Below are positions 19,473-29,252 of a DNA stretch of 64,000 nt, in pieces. This stretch comes from Candidatus Latescibacterota bacterium (GTDB lineage: Bacteria > Latescibacterota > UBA2968 > GCA-2709665): the NCBI GenBank assembly GCA_965222075.1, contig OZ244937.1:2592001-2656000 (forward strand). The letters are read 5' to 3'. Position 1 is the stretch's first letter. Each line of letters opens with the position of its first letter. Made by a program: the position numbers and the translations under genes. Under the pieces are notes generated by a model. It was not told the origin of the DNA and made no database searches. It worked only from the letters and a program-made list of their open reading frames with translations.

Positions 19473-20317
19473 GGTGCATCTCCTTCCGGAACCCCGACCC
19501 CTGCCCACTCTGGCAGCAGCCGGGCCGTGTTGTTCCAGAGGATGTCCTGTTTGGCCGCATCAGGCAGGTGGGTGCCCAGCGTTTTGCCCAACTGCACCCC
19601 GAAGTGGCGGATGGGGGCGTCCGAGCCGTACACCACCCGCTCCGGCCCCAGGGCATCCACGGCGATCTCCACGAAGCCGCTTTCCGGATCGCCTCCGGAG
19701 GTATCCACGAAAATGTTCGGACAATCGACCACATCTTCGATCCCGCGCAGGCCGTGGCCGTTGAGGTGTGCCATCACAATCCGTGCTTCCGGATGGCGTT
19801 TTGCCAGGCCCGCAACATCCGCAGGAAACGACTCGCCCACGAGATTCCCCGTCGTCTTCATCCACGCGTGCTGGAGCACCGGTACCCCCAGCGCCACCGC
19901 CCGCTCCAGAATCGGGTCCAGCCCCGGGTCCGTCGCCCGCCGCGCCACCCACAACTTGATCCCGCTCATCCGTTCGCCCGCCACACACCGATCGATCTCC
20001 TCCACCGCCTCGTCCGGATACATCGGGTTCACATAACAGAACGGCAGAAACACCTCCGGCGCGGCCTCCCGCATCCTCAGCGCATAGTCGTTCGCCTCCC
20101 GGCACTCCGCCACCGACGGCTCCCGGGGACAGGTCGTATACAGCGAAAACAGGCACATCTTCTCCACCCCCGACCGCTTCGCCGATTCCACCAGCAGCCG
20201 CGCATCCTCCCGGATCGACGCCACCTTGTAAAGCCCGAAACAGTCCAGCGGATGCACGTGCACATCCAGCGCAGGCCAGGGCGGCCGCAGCCGGTTTCGT
20301 ACATCGTCAGGCGTCAT
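19469..20317 (-). CDS. amidohydrolase_2 family protein
   Basis: DVHVH, GIKLW, VLQH, MAHL, YGSDAP, WNNTARL. Confidence 0.85.
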   Translation of the reverse strand: MTPDDVRNRLRPPWPALDVHVHPLDCFGLYKVASIREDARLLVESAKRSGVEKMCLFSLYTTCPREPSVAECREANDYALRMREAAPEVFLPFCYVNPMYPDEAVEEIDRCVAGERMSGIKLWVARRATDPGLDPILERAVALGVPVLQHAWMKTTGNLVGESFPADVAGLAKRHPEARIVMAHLNGHGLRGIEDVVDCPNIFVDTSGGDPESGFVEIAVDALGPERVVYGSDAPIRHFGVQLGKTLGTHLPDAAKQDILWNNTARLLPEWAGVGVPEGDAP

Positions 20318-20355
20318 TCTCTTACCTCCGGATGTGGGATAACCGATAAAGAATC

Positions 20356-20384
20356 TTGACCTCTATACCAAACCTATCTATCTT
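20356..20384 (+). promoter_or_regulatory. sigma70-type promoter for the orphan transcript
   Basis: TTGACC-17 nt-TATCTT. Confidence 0.5.
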
Positions 20385-20386
20385 TC

Positions 20387-20510
20387 AAAAGGAGAGCAAG
20401 ATAAATTCTCTAAAAATTGACACCGGAGAAGATATCCTGCCGGGATTTTCCATTCTGGTCTCTCAGATTTTCGAATAAGGCGACCCGATCGGTCGCTGCT
20501 GTCCCTTTTA
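20387..20510 (+). ncRNA. candidate structured small RNA
   Basis: Long imperfect rod hairpin between a promoter and an intrinsic terminator; no plus-strand ORF. Confidence 0.4.
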
Positions 20511-20514
20511 TGCG

Positions 20515-20544
20515 CCCCTGGAACACCTGATCCAGGGGTTTCTT
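20515..20544 (+). terminator. intrinsic terminator
   Basis: CCCCTGG...CCAGGGG followed by TTTCTT. Confidence 0.6.
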
Positions 20545-20555
20545 CATGATTTCCC

Positions 20556-20584
20556 TTGCCCCGATACATCCCGTCGTATATAAT
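20556..20584 (+). promoter_or_regulatory. sigma70-type promoter for the nucleotidyltransferase gene
   Basis: TTGCCC-17 nt-TATAAT. Confidence 0.6.
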
Positions 20585-20715
20585 TACACCGCCAGGAAAA
20601 ACCGGTCGGCGCGCATCGATCACCAGCTCCGGGCGGTAACCGCCATGGCCTATGGACCTGACGCGGAATGCCCCCGTCTTGATGTGTGCGGTTCAGACCC
20701 CAGAGCCTGAATTCT

Positions 20716-21480
20716 ATGAACGTCCTCATCCTCGCCGCCGGATATGCCACGCGCCTCTATCCGCTAACCCGCGACTTTCCCAAGCCGCTCTTGAAAGTCG
20801 GGAACAAAACCATCCTGGACCACCTCGTCGACCAGGTCCGCACCGTCCCTGAAATCGAGCACGCCTTCCTTATCACCAACCATCGGTTTGTGGACCACTT
20901 CCGGCGATGGGCTGCGCATAAAGCCGCAACCGCGCGTCAAAGCAGGCGCGTGCACACCGGCCTCCGATTCGACATCATCGACGACGGAACGGCCTCCATC
21001 GACGACCGGTTAGGCGCAGTGGGCGACATTCAGTACGCCATTGCGCGCCACGGCATTGCGGACGACCTTCTGGTGTGCGCTGCAGACAACATCCTCCAGT
21101 TCCCCTTAGAGCACTTTGTTGGAGTCTATCGCGCCAACCCCGTGTCCCACATCTGTGTGCGCGCCATCGAAGATGTGGAAGACCGCAAGCGGCGGGGCAT
21201 CGCCGTCTTGAACGACGGAGGCCGCATCGTCGAATTCGCCGAAAAGCCCGGGTGTCCCAAATCCCATTGGGGATCGCTGCCGCTCTACATCTACCCAGCA
21301 GCCATCCTCCCACGCATCGGCGAATACCTCAAAAGCGGTGGAAACCCCGATGCGCCGGGCCACTTCATCGAGTGGCTCTGTGGGGTAGAACCGGTCCACG
21401 CCTACAAAATTCAGGGGTCAGTTCTGGACATCGGCAACCATGAATTGCTCGCCGAGGCAAGAGAAGTATTCCGTTCGTAA
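20716..21480 (+). CDS. sugar-phosphate nucleotidyltransferase family protein
   Basis: LAAGYATRLYPLT..PKPLL, DDGT...RLGAVGD, EKP, DIG. Confidence 0.9.
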   Translation: MNVLILAAGYATRLYPLTRDFPKPLLKVGNKTILDHLVDQVRTVPEIEHAFLITNHRFVDHFRRWAAHKAATARQSRRVHTGLRFDIIDDGTASIDDRLGAVGDIQYAIARHGIADDLLVCAADNILQFPLEHFVGVYRANPVSHICVRAIEDVEDRKRRGIAVLNDGGRIVEFAEKPGCPKSHWGSLPLYIYPAAILPRIGEYLKSGGNPDAPGHFIEWLCGVEPVHAYKIQGSVLDIGNHELLAEAREVFRS

Positions 21481-21525
21481 CCGGTATATGGCTACGGCAC
21501 ACACCTTATTCAAAGAGGGAGTCCC

Positions 21526-22728
21526 ATGGCAAACGTCAACATCATCCGTCACCAGCCGGGCGCCGTTTTCTGCAGTACCTGCGAAGTCGTCATCACCGAC
21601 AACGACCACAACATCGTCCGCCTCGTAGAGCCCAGCGGCAACGTGGGCACCCAGTACCCCAAAGAGCTCGCCGCCCAGTGGTTCGGCACGGTCCAGAACC
21701 TCAACGCCGGCCTCGCCCGGGGCGGCGTCACCTGGGCCGATGTCTACAAAACCGACGTCCTCTGGACCACCCCGTCTGACGACCGCGATGCCTGCGACGC
21801 CTACAAAAACGCATTCAATGCCGTCTACGCCCCGCTCGTCCAGGCCGTCACCGGGTGTGCGCTCAACGCCAACCGCATGGCCCGCTTCACCCATCCCGAA
21901 GGCTTCCCCGACCCCGAAGCCCTCTTCGAGGTCCAGATCAAAGCGATTCGGGGCGAGGGGGTCACTGTAGGCGGCGGCAAAATCGACTACGGCGCCTGGG
22001 TCGACCACCAGCCCAGCGGCGCCTCCGTGCTGCACACAGACGCCGGCGGAAACACGATCACCACCCTGGGTTCGGATCTGGCGACAGAGGTGGAATTCGT
22101 CCTGACCGAACAGTACGAAAAGAAACTCGCCGGCCAGGGCGTCGACTTCAAAACGCAGACCGCCTGGATGGAGATCCTGGTCGCCGTGGACGACGACCCT
22201 GCCCAGACCTGGAACCGGGTCGAAGCGGTCCGCCAGGCCATGGCCGATTATTTTGGCGACCACCGGCCTGCAGGAAAGATCTACCCGGTCTCCCGTATCC
22301 CCAACTTAGACGGCATCGTGGAGCCTGAGCCCCGCTGCGTGGTCGGCGACGGCGTCGAAATCGACCGCTCCGGCGAGATCGTCGACGGCTTCAGCACCTG
22401 GACCTCTATCCGCCGCTCCGGCGTCACCGAAGTCATGGTCAGCGGCATAGGCGGAGACAACGCCGCCGCCATCCTGGAAACGATAGACGGCCACGTTCGC
22501 ACTGCCGGCGGAGCGGGCCTCAAGGCTGACGGCGTCTTCAACAACGCCTACATCGTCGCGGCCGAAAACAGCGCAGCCAGCCGCAACCGGTTGACCGAAT
22601 TCAACGCTTCATTCTCCGGCTACTACGAAGGTGTGGTCCCCGCCGGCCGCACCGCCCAGTTCGTCCCCGGCTTTATGGCCGAGGCCTGCACCTGCGGCAT
22701 CTCCAACCGGTCGGTCTTCGCCGGGTAA
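21526..22728 (+). CDS. hypothetical protein with repeated RidA/YjgF-like segments
   Basis: QNL.AGL..GGVTWADVYKTDV...FNAVY...LFEVQIKA, then DYFGDHRPA and FNASFSGYYEGVVPAGRT. Confidence 0.55.
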   Translation: MANVNIIRHQPGAVFCSTCEVVITDNDHNIVRLVEPSGNVGTQYPKELAAQWFGTVQNLNAGLARGGVTWADVYKTDVLWTTPSDDRDACDAYKNAFNAVYAPLVQAVTGCALNANRMARFTHPEGFPDPEALFEVQIKAIRGEGVTVGGGKIDYGAWVDHQPSGASVLHTDAGGNTITTLGSDLATEVEFVLTEQYEKKLAGQGVDFKTQTAWMEILVAVDDDPAQTWNRVEAVRQAMADYFGDHRPAGKIYPVSRIPNLDGIVEPEPRCVVGDGVEIDRSGEIVDGFSTWTSIRRSGVTEVMVSGIGGDNAAAILETIDGHVRTAGGAGLKADGVFNNAYIVAAENSAASRNRLTEFNASFSGYYEGVVPAGRTAQFVPGFMAEACTCGISNRSVFAG

Positions 22729-22930
22729 CCGTGCAGCGTTAAACAGCTCCACCATGCACACACCCTCCCGCATGTCAAGCAACAAAAAAGACGATTGTTG
22801 AGACGTTCGAGGACGAAGACGTATCGGGCGTTGATCCGGTAGAGACTGGTCATCGACTCCCGGATTCCCTGTATTTTCGATGATTCAAATGCCAGAACAA
22901 ATCGGGAGTTATCGAAAAAAACGAACTGCC

Positions 22931-24388
22931 ATGAGCCTCACCAGAACCCTCCTGACCCTCTGCCTGTTCGAGCTCCTCGCCGGATCGGCGTCTGCCCACG
23001 TTTCTGGCCCGGACTTCGACGGCGACCACTACGTCGGACTCTCCGACTTTGTCCTCTTCGCCCAGGCCTTTGGCTCCACCCAGGCCCGGTTCGACCTGAC
23101 CAACGACGGACGGGTGGACTTTCAGGACTTTGTCGCCTTTGCCAGAGATTTTGGGAAGGTGGTCCGCGAAGAGGGGGAAACAGCAATCGTCGTCACACCC
23201 TCCACCTTCGAGAACTTGCAGCGCTACGTCTTCAACGAAAACTGCATCAGCAGCTCCTGTCACACCACCGCAAACGCTGCGGGCGGCCTCTCCCTGGAGC
23301 CCGACGTGGCCTACGAAAACCTGGTGGACCGGGCTCCCATGAATCCCACCGCGTTCGAAAACCGCATGAAACGCGTCGTTCCCGGCGCTCCGGATCAAAG
23401 CTTCCTCATCAAAAAGCTGACCGGCTCCGGCGTGGGCTATGGAGACCCGATGCCGAGGGGGCCCAGCCTCAGCGGGGTTCAGATCGACGCGGTTCGCACC
23501 TGGGTCGCCGGCGGTGCCCCCAGGCAGGGTGTTGTGGAAGGCATGCCCGACCTGAGTGCTCTTGCAATCAAGCGGGTCTTTGAACCGCCGTCGCCGCCAG
23601 AGCGGGGCATCCAGATCCACCTTGAGCCCTTTGCGGTCGAACCCGGCAAGGAACGGGAGATCTTCTCGGCCATGAGACTTGGCGCCACAGAAGACCTCAT
23701 GGTCAATAAGGTCGAAATCGTACAGCCCGAAGGCAGCCACCACTTTATCATCTACAAAGTTGACGACGAGGAGGCCCAGAAACTCCCGCCCGGACTCCGG
23801 GACTTCAATCCCACCACCCCCCTTCAGAACCTCGGCATCTTCACCCGCCGGTTTATCGTCGGCACTCAAACGCCTTACACCCTCCTGGAATTCCCGGAAG
23901 GCGTCGTCATCCCCATGCCCGCAAACGCCGTCTATGAGCTCAACTCCCACTTTGTCAACACCTCGGGGGTAAACACCCTCGTCGGCGAGGTCTACATCAA
24001 CCTCCACACCATCCCCGCAGACGAGGTAAAACACGCCACAAAACCGATCTTTGTCGCCCACCTCGGCTTTGCAATCCCCCCCGGCCAGACCGTCACCTCC
24101 GGCGCGTCCTGGACGCTCGACCGGGATATCAACCTTCTTCTCCTTTTCTCCCACATGCATCGGCACGGCAGACAGTTCGACATCTTCCTGGAAGAAAATC
24201 GGATCTACCGGAGCCTCCACTGGGACGACCCGGAAACCCTGCTCTTCAACCCGCCCCTGTTTGTCAAGTCCGGCCAGAAGGTCCGGTTCGAATGCACCCA
24301 CGAAAACGACGACAAACCCTTCACCATCCGCTTCGGATTTACCGCCGAAAACGACGAAATGTGCATTATGCTGGGCTACTACTACTGA
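22931..24388 (+). CDS. secreted protein: dockerin/EF-hand-like domain, CxxxxCH domain and copper type II (PHM/DBH-like) monooxygenase domain
   Basis: Signal peptide; DFDGDHYVGLSDF..FAQAFG; CISSSCH; SHH, NSH, HMH and DEMC copper-ligand motifs. Confidence 0.7.
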   Translation: MSLTRTLLTLCLFELLAGSASAHVSGPDFDGDHYVGLSDFVLFAQAFGSTQARFDLTNDGRVDFQDFVAFARDFGKVVREEGETAIVVTPSTFENLQRYVFNENCISSSCHTTANAAGGLSLEPDVAYENLVDRAPMNPTAFENRMKRVVPGAPDQSFLIKKLTGSGVGYGDPMPRGPSLSGVQIDAVRTWVAGGAPRQGVVEGMPDLSALAIKRVFEPPSPPERGIQIHLEPFAVEPGKEREIFSAMRLGATEDLMVNKVEIVQPEGSHHFIIYKVDDEEAQKLPPGLRDFNPTTPLQNLGIFTRRFIVGTQTPYTLLEFPEGVVIPMPANAVYELNSHFVNTSGVNTLVGEVYINLHTIPADEVKHATKPIFVAHLGFAIPPGQTVTSGASWTLDRDINLLLLFSHMHRHGRQFDIFLEENRIYRSLHWDDPETLLFNPPLFVKSGQKVRFECTHENDDKPFTIRFGFTAENDEMCIMLGYYY

Positions 24389-24499
24389 TTCTTCTCAACA
24401 CCACCCCGGTCGCTTTCGACATCGACTCGCGTAATCTGAAGCTCGTGCCGCACTCTGTATCCGTCGTCTGTCGTCTGTCGTCAAACTTCACAAAAATCC

Positions 24500-25576
24500 C
24501 TATTCCCCGCCCCCTAACGCTCCTTCCGTGTCCTTCCCTACCCTTCTGTGTTCTTCGGTGATATCAAAGCCTACCTCTTTCAAAGACACCCGTTTGCCGG
24601 TCTGGTGCGCCTGGCGGGCGGCGGTAGCGACCGCAGTGTTTTCAAGCATCTCCCCGTAGGACACCGGCGGTTTCCCGGTCTCAACCATCTGTTTGACCTT
24701 CTTGAGGATCTCAAAAGCGCCATAGGGGAACTCAAAATCCCCCAGATCGGAGGAATGAATGGCCCCCAGGGGACCAAAAGCGCTCGCGTAAAACGCGCAG
24801 TGATAAGTAGCGCCGGTGTCGGCATTCAGCATCACCCCGCATGGGGGAAAGCCCGGTTTGTCGGGGTAGTTTAAATGGATAAACCCAAGCGGATTCTCCC
24901 CCATGCATTCAACGGACGCCACACCCGGGCCGAAAAAATTCTGGGCCAGCGAAATCGCGTGGATCTGTCCGGCAAGGCTCGGCCCTCCCCCTTTTATCGA
25001 CACAAACTCCACCTCGCCCACCTCGGGAAACCGATCGGCAAAAAGCCTGGCCTGCGGCAGCATGCGAAGGATGGACAGGGACAGGACGGGGACCTGATGT
25101 CTTTGGGCCAGGTCAACAATCGCCTGCGCATCTTTCAAATCACAGGCAAGCGGTTTGTCGATAAACGTCGGCACTCCTTTCTCGATACCCGGCGTCGCCA
25201 GTTCCAGATGGTCCGAGCCGTCGTAGTTGCAATCCGCAACAAACACCAAGTCCACATCGTCGGAGACCTCGTCGAAGGTCTGACAGACGCCTGGCCGGGT
25301 CTCAAAGACCGTCGCGAAAACCTCCGCCGCTTCCGGCGACTCGTCCCATACCCTGGTAATTTCAAAATCGTGCAGCGAGGGCACCGTCATGTGCGTGGGA
25401 TCGCTGTAGTGGGTATAAAAGTAGAAATGCGCCCCACCCGTCTGCCAGGTATATGTGGCCTCAGACCGATCGGGCATGGGGGCCTGCAAACGCATGGGAT
25501 CGTGCTCGGCCATCAATGCCCCATAATACATCCCATGCATATCGCACCGGATCAGGCCAACTCGAATCTTATCCAT
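24500..25576 (-). CDS. Gfo/Idh/MocA family oxidoreductase
   Basis: IRVGLI, DHLELATP, PTFIDKPLA, AGQIHAI. Confidence 0.75.
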   Translation of the reverse strand: MDKIRVGLIRCDMHGMYYGALMAEHDPMRLQAPMPDRSEATYTWQTGGAHFYFYTHYSDPTHMTVPSLHDFEITRVWDESPEAAEVFATVFETRPGVCQTFDEVSDDVDLVFVADCNYDGSDHLELATPGIEKGVPTFIDKPLACDLKDAQAIVDLAQRHQVPVLSLSILRMLPQARLFADRFPEVGEVEFVSIKGGGPSLAGQIHAISLAQNFFGPGVASVECMGENPLGFIHLNYPDKPGFPPCGVMLNADTGATYHCAFYASAFGPLGAIHSSDLGDFEFPYGAFEILKKVKQMVETGKPPVSYGEMLENTAVATAARQAHQTGKRVSLKEVGFDITEEHRRVGKDTEGALGGGE

Positions 25577-25689
25577 AACACACTCCTATCTAAGTGTCCA
25601 AATTTTTAATATGTTATACGGATACCAGAAAACACCCCGGAGATGAAATCAAGATACGTAAAAATTCCTCGAAGAACAAAAAATTTTGC

Positions 25690-25718
25690 TTGACAAATGA
25701 ACGAATGTTCACTATATT
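25690..25718 (+). promoter_or_regulatory. sigma70-type promoter of the sigma factor gene
   Basis: TTGACA-17 nt-TATATT. Confidence 0.6.
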
Positions 25719-25803
25719 TGGAGGAGCACTGAAGTCCAGTACATCAGCTCAGGCAACGTGGTTCGCAATCGGCCAGGAAACTTCAGTTACGGAGGGTAAA
25801 TCC

Positions 25804-26664
25804 ATGAGTATTGCACGTTCAGAAGGTCAATGGTTCGATGGTGAAAAATCTCTGGAATACTACTATCAGGAAGTGGATCGGTACCCGCAAATCACGGCCC
25901 AGGAGGAACAGGACCTGGCAGCCCGCATAGAACGTGGAGACGAAAAGGCCCTGGAAAAGCTGGTCCAGGCCAACCTTCGGTTCGTCATCCACATTGCCAA
26001 AGGCTTCCAGAACCAGGGGCTCTCGATGGCCGACCTCATCAACGAGGGCAATCTCGGCCTCCTGACCGCCGCCCGCAAGTTCAACCGCCGCAAAGGCTCC
26101 AAATTCATCACCTATGCCGTCTGGTGGATTCGCCAGAACATCCTCAAAGCCCTCGAGGTCCAGACCCGGAACATCCGGGTTCCCGCCAACGTCTTCAACG
26201 ACCTCAACCGACTGCGCAGGGCCGAAGCCGGCCTTGCCCAGGACCTTAAGCGCGATCCCACGCTGGAAGAGGTCGCCGCCGAGGTCAACTTCCAGACCGA
26301 AAAGGTCGCCCATCTCCTCGATGCAGCGTCCAATACGATCTCCCTGCATACCCCCTCCTGCGGTGAGGCCGACGTCGGCCTCGAGGAATCGGTCCCGGAT
26401 CTCCAAACCTCGCTGCCGGACGAATCCCTTTTCCAGAAATCCAGGTCTCAGGCAGTTAGCGACGTATTGCGTACCCTTTCCGACCGCCACCAGCAGGTCC
26501 TCTCCCTCGCCTTTGGCATGGATGGGGCAGAACCTGCCACCTATCAGCAGATCGGAAGCCGGCTCGGCATCAGCCGGGAACGGGTCCGCCAGCTCAAGGA
26601 AGACGCCCTCAACAAACTGAAGCAGCCGACCCTCCGCAAACGCCTCGCCGCGTATGCCGAGTAG
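25804..26664 (+). CDS. RpoD/SigA-family sigma factor paralogue lacking region 1.1
   Basis: ANLRFVIHIAK, DLINEGNLGL, KFITYAVWWIRQ, ISRERVRQL. Confidence 0.93.
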   Translation: MSIARSEGQWFDGEKSLEYYYQEVDRYPQITAQEEQDLAARIERGDEKALEKLVQANLRFVIHIAKGFQNQGLSMADLINEGNLGLLTAARKFNRRKGSKFITYAVWWIRQNILKALEVQTRNIRVPANVFNDLNRLRRAEAGLAQDLKRDPTLEEVAAEVNFQTEKVAHLLDAASNTISLHTPSCGEADVGLEESVPDLQTSLPDESLFQKSRSQAVSDVLRTLSDRHQQVLSLAFGMDGAEPATYQQIGSRLGISRERVRQLKEDALNKLKQPTLRKRLAAYAE

Positions 26665-26704
26665 AAGATATATCCGGCGGTTTTCACCCCCTTCCAGAGG
26701 AGAA

Positions 26705-26744
26705 GCGCCCGGCCATTTCGGTTTACGAGATGGCCGGGCGCTTT
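26705..26744 (+). terminator. intrinsic terminator
   Basis: AGCGCCCGGCCAT...ATGGCCGGGCGCT followed by TT. Confidence 0.7.
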
Positions 26745-26916
26745 ATATCTGGCCCTCCCAGCGAGGAATGTCCCCGTCCCCTCTTGCCCCCAGCCTGAAT
26801 GCACTCACTCACCCCCTGCAATTTTCCTGCCTATCTTTCTTCTTGACTTAGCAGGGCAAAATTCTTCAATTTAGAAGCCGTATCTTTACCCTCATCATAC
26901 CAAAGAGGTCCGCACG

Positions 26917-27732
26917 ATGAAGATTATTCTGCTTACCACAGTTGCCGCCCTGATCCTGATCTGGGGCGCTATCCTGGCCATAATCAAGTGGATACATCCC
27001 TTCGAAACAAAACACCTGCTGGGGTTTGGCGGCTACGTCAGCGTGGTTTCCAGCATCCTCATCTACCTGGTCATCCAGACCTCCATCACCCGGCAGGAAG
27101 CCGCACTCGCCAACACCAGGGCACAGCTCAATCAGGAACTGGACAACTTCCGGGAAAAACTCGGCGAGGTTCAATCTCGGGTCATGCAACAGCTTCAGGA
27201 AAAGGCCGAACTCACCCAGTCGGAGATGGAAGTCCGCGGCAATCTGCAGACAGAACGGGCCGGGCATGCCCGCACCCGGGAAGAACTCGCCGACGCTCAG
27301 GCCCAACGGATGGACACACAGGCGGAACTCATCCGGGAAGCCGATGCCCACCGTGCTTATAGGGACAGCCTCAACACCGAACGTGCCCTCCACCGTTCCA
27401 CCCAGAGAAGCCTGAGCCAGGAAGAAAAAAGGCACAAGCAGGCCCGGCACAATCTGAACACCACCCGGGGATCCCTGGAAAAGGCCCGGGAGCGGCTGGC
27501 CATTCAGACGGCCGATATCGGCCGTCTCCGGGAGGACCTCAAACAGACCGAAACACGCTCCCGGAAGGCCCTGGAGAACGCCGAAATCGCCCAGAAAAAA
27601 CTCGTGCAAAAAGCCGCCTCTCAGCAGCAAGCCCTAAAGCTGCTCCAGGCCTCTGTGGATTCAATCTACCGGAAGGTCCTCAAAAGACCCAGAGTCCCTC
27701 CCCCCCCCAAACCGAAGAGAAAGAGGAAGTAG
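26917..27732 (+). CDS. membrane-anchored coiled-coil hypothetical protein
   Basis: Two N-terminal hydrophobic helices, long heptad region, basic Pro/Lys tail. Confidence 0.7.
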   Translation: MKIILLTTVAALILIWGAILAIIKWIHPFETKHLLGFGGYVSVVSSILIYLVIQTSITRQEAALANTRAQLNQELDNFREKLGEVQSRVMQQLQEKAELTQSEMEVRGNLQTERAGHARTREELADAQAQRMDTQAELIREADAHRAYRDSLNTERALHRSTQRSLSQEEKRHKQARHNLNTTRGSLEKARERLAIQTADIGRLREDLKQTETRSRKALENAEIAQKKLVQKAASQQQALKLLQASVDSIYRKVLKRPRVPPPPKPKRKRK

Positions 27733-27894
27733 GAGCAAGGCATGCCTTGCCCAGAGAGTCTCCTCTAAGGTAGACGATAAGACCCCCTGAGTCCGGGTTT
27801 TTATCGGCATTTTTCAAGTCGAGAATAGATTTTGCTTGCCCTGTATGGAGATTGAATTTATCTTAAACTGGCGTTTTGACCTCTGGAGGCACCT

Positions 27895-28749
27895 GTGGAT
27901 AATGGAAATGGGACGTCTGCGGACAGCAGGAAGATCATCCTGATCGTTGGTGCGGTCACCGTTGTATTGGCCATTATCCTGTTGATTGCGTTCATTCCAA
28001 AAGAGCCTGAAGTCGATCCGTACGTCGTGCAACTCGAAAAGGAAGTGGCGATGTACACGGCGCGCATCGACTCCCTGAACACCATTGTAGATGGGCTCAA
28101 CGGCCGTCTCAACAACATCCGGGCGCAAATGGACACCGCCAGGACCGCCAACCGCACCCTGATTGCCTCCCTCCACAGAGTCACAAACAAGATGAAAGAG
28201 TTTCAGCGCCTCTACCAGGAACAACAAACGCTCAACAGAAAGCTGGTCACCGAACTGAGGCAGGTCAAACAAGAAAAAGAACGGACCACAACGCAGACCA
28301 GACAACTCAAAATCCAGGTCGACAGCCTCAACAGTGAATTGTATGAAAAAACCGTTCGCCTCGTCCGGCTCGAGTCCAGCCTCGAAGAGGCCCTGCAGCA
28401 GGTACAGACCGTGGTGGAGACCGTCACCTCCGTCCTGGTCTACGCCGGCACCGAAGACGAACTCAAACAGGCCGGCTATCTCAAGACCGGCAGATCCGTC
28501 ATCTTCAGAAAAAACTACCGGGCGGTCAGCTTCCCCGATGTAATGGAAAGCGCTGTCCTCCGGATCTCGCTGGGTGAAACCCTGGCGCTTCAGGGCAAAC
28601 TGGCTGCCTTGGCCGACAGGCACGGCAAACTCAGCAAAGGTGAAGAATACGAAGTCAGCAAAGGCCCTCCCGGCCAGACCCTCGTCACCTTCATCGACTC
28701 CACCCTCCAGGGACAGCGCATCCTGGCTGTGCTCAAAAATAAAAAATAA
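27895..28749 (+). CDS. membrane-anchored coiled-coil hypothetical protein
   Basis: Single TM helix, coiled coil, globular C-terminus VYAGTEDELKQAGYL. Confidence 0.7.
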   Translation: MDNGNGTSADSRKIILIVGAVTVVLAIILLIAFIPKEPEVDPYVVQLEKEVAMYTARIDSLNTIVDGLNGRLNNIRAQMDTARTANRTLIASLHRVTNKMKEFQRLYQEQQTLNRKLVTELRQVKQEKERTTTQTRQLKIQVDSLNSELYEKTVRLVRLESSLEEALQQVQTVVETVTSVLVYAGTEDELKQAGYLKTGRSVIFRKNYRAVSFPDVMESAVLRISLGETLALQGKLAALADRHGKLSKGEEYEVSKGPPGQTLVTFIDSTLQGQRILAVLKNKK

Positions 28750-28829
28750 AAGGGGCGATGCCTCTGATTCAACCTCTGACCGGTCCTCGGATGACCGGTC
28801 TTTTTTTACCCCACCCGATCCCTGCATTT

Positions 28830-29252
28830 TCACCACATGTGCACAAACACCGCCGGTCGCACCTTGGCCCCTGTCGGCGCCGTTGAGAGCAGCGAATCTG
28901 CATACGCCGCGTCGTTCACCAACCGCTCCCGGCTGCCCCCCCTCAAAAAAAGGTGCAAATTCCGGTCGGGTTGCGCCACCATATCCGCGACCGCCTGCTT
29001 GAGTTCTCCCAGCCTCAGCATCCGGCTCACCGACCTGCCGTCTCGTGAGAACCCCGGTCCTTTCGAGGTGTAAACCACCACCATATCCCCCGGATTGGGG
29101 TCATGGTGGTGCACGCGCCACACCGGTTGGGACACGTTCAGGATCATAATGCCCAGGGTAAGCATCAGCATCATAATCCCCAAGAAGAGCTCCTTGCTCA
29201 CATCGTGCTCTTCGGCCTCAACAACCGCCCGCTTGAGGAACCGTCCCCTCAT
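28830..29252 (-). CDS. small single-TM protein, ExbD/TolR-like by position
   Basis: One TM helix after an acidic N-terminus; ATGA overlap with the upstream ExbB-like gene. Confidence 0.45.
   Translation of the reverse strand: MRGRFLKRAVVEAEEHDVSKELFLGIMMLMLTLGIMILNVSQPVWRVHHHDPNPGDMVVVYTSKGPGFSRDGRSVSRMLRLGELKQAVADMVAQPDRNLHLFLRGGSRERLVNDAAYADSLLSTAPTGAKVRPAVFVHMW

Noticed and set aside
20391-20470. Glycine riboswitch (GGAGAG...CTCTCAG resemblance)
   Set aside because: The core CCGAAG and CTCAGG motifs are not intact, and the downstream gene has its own promoter
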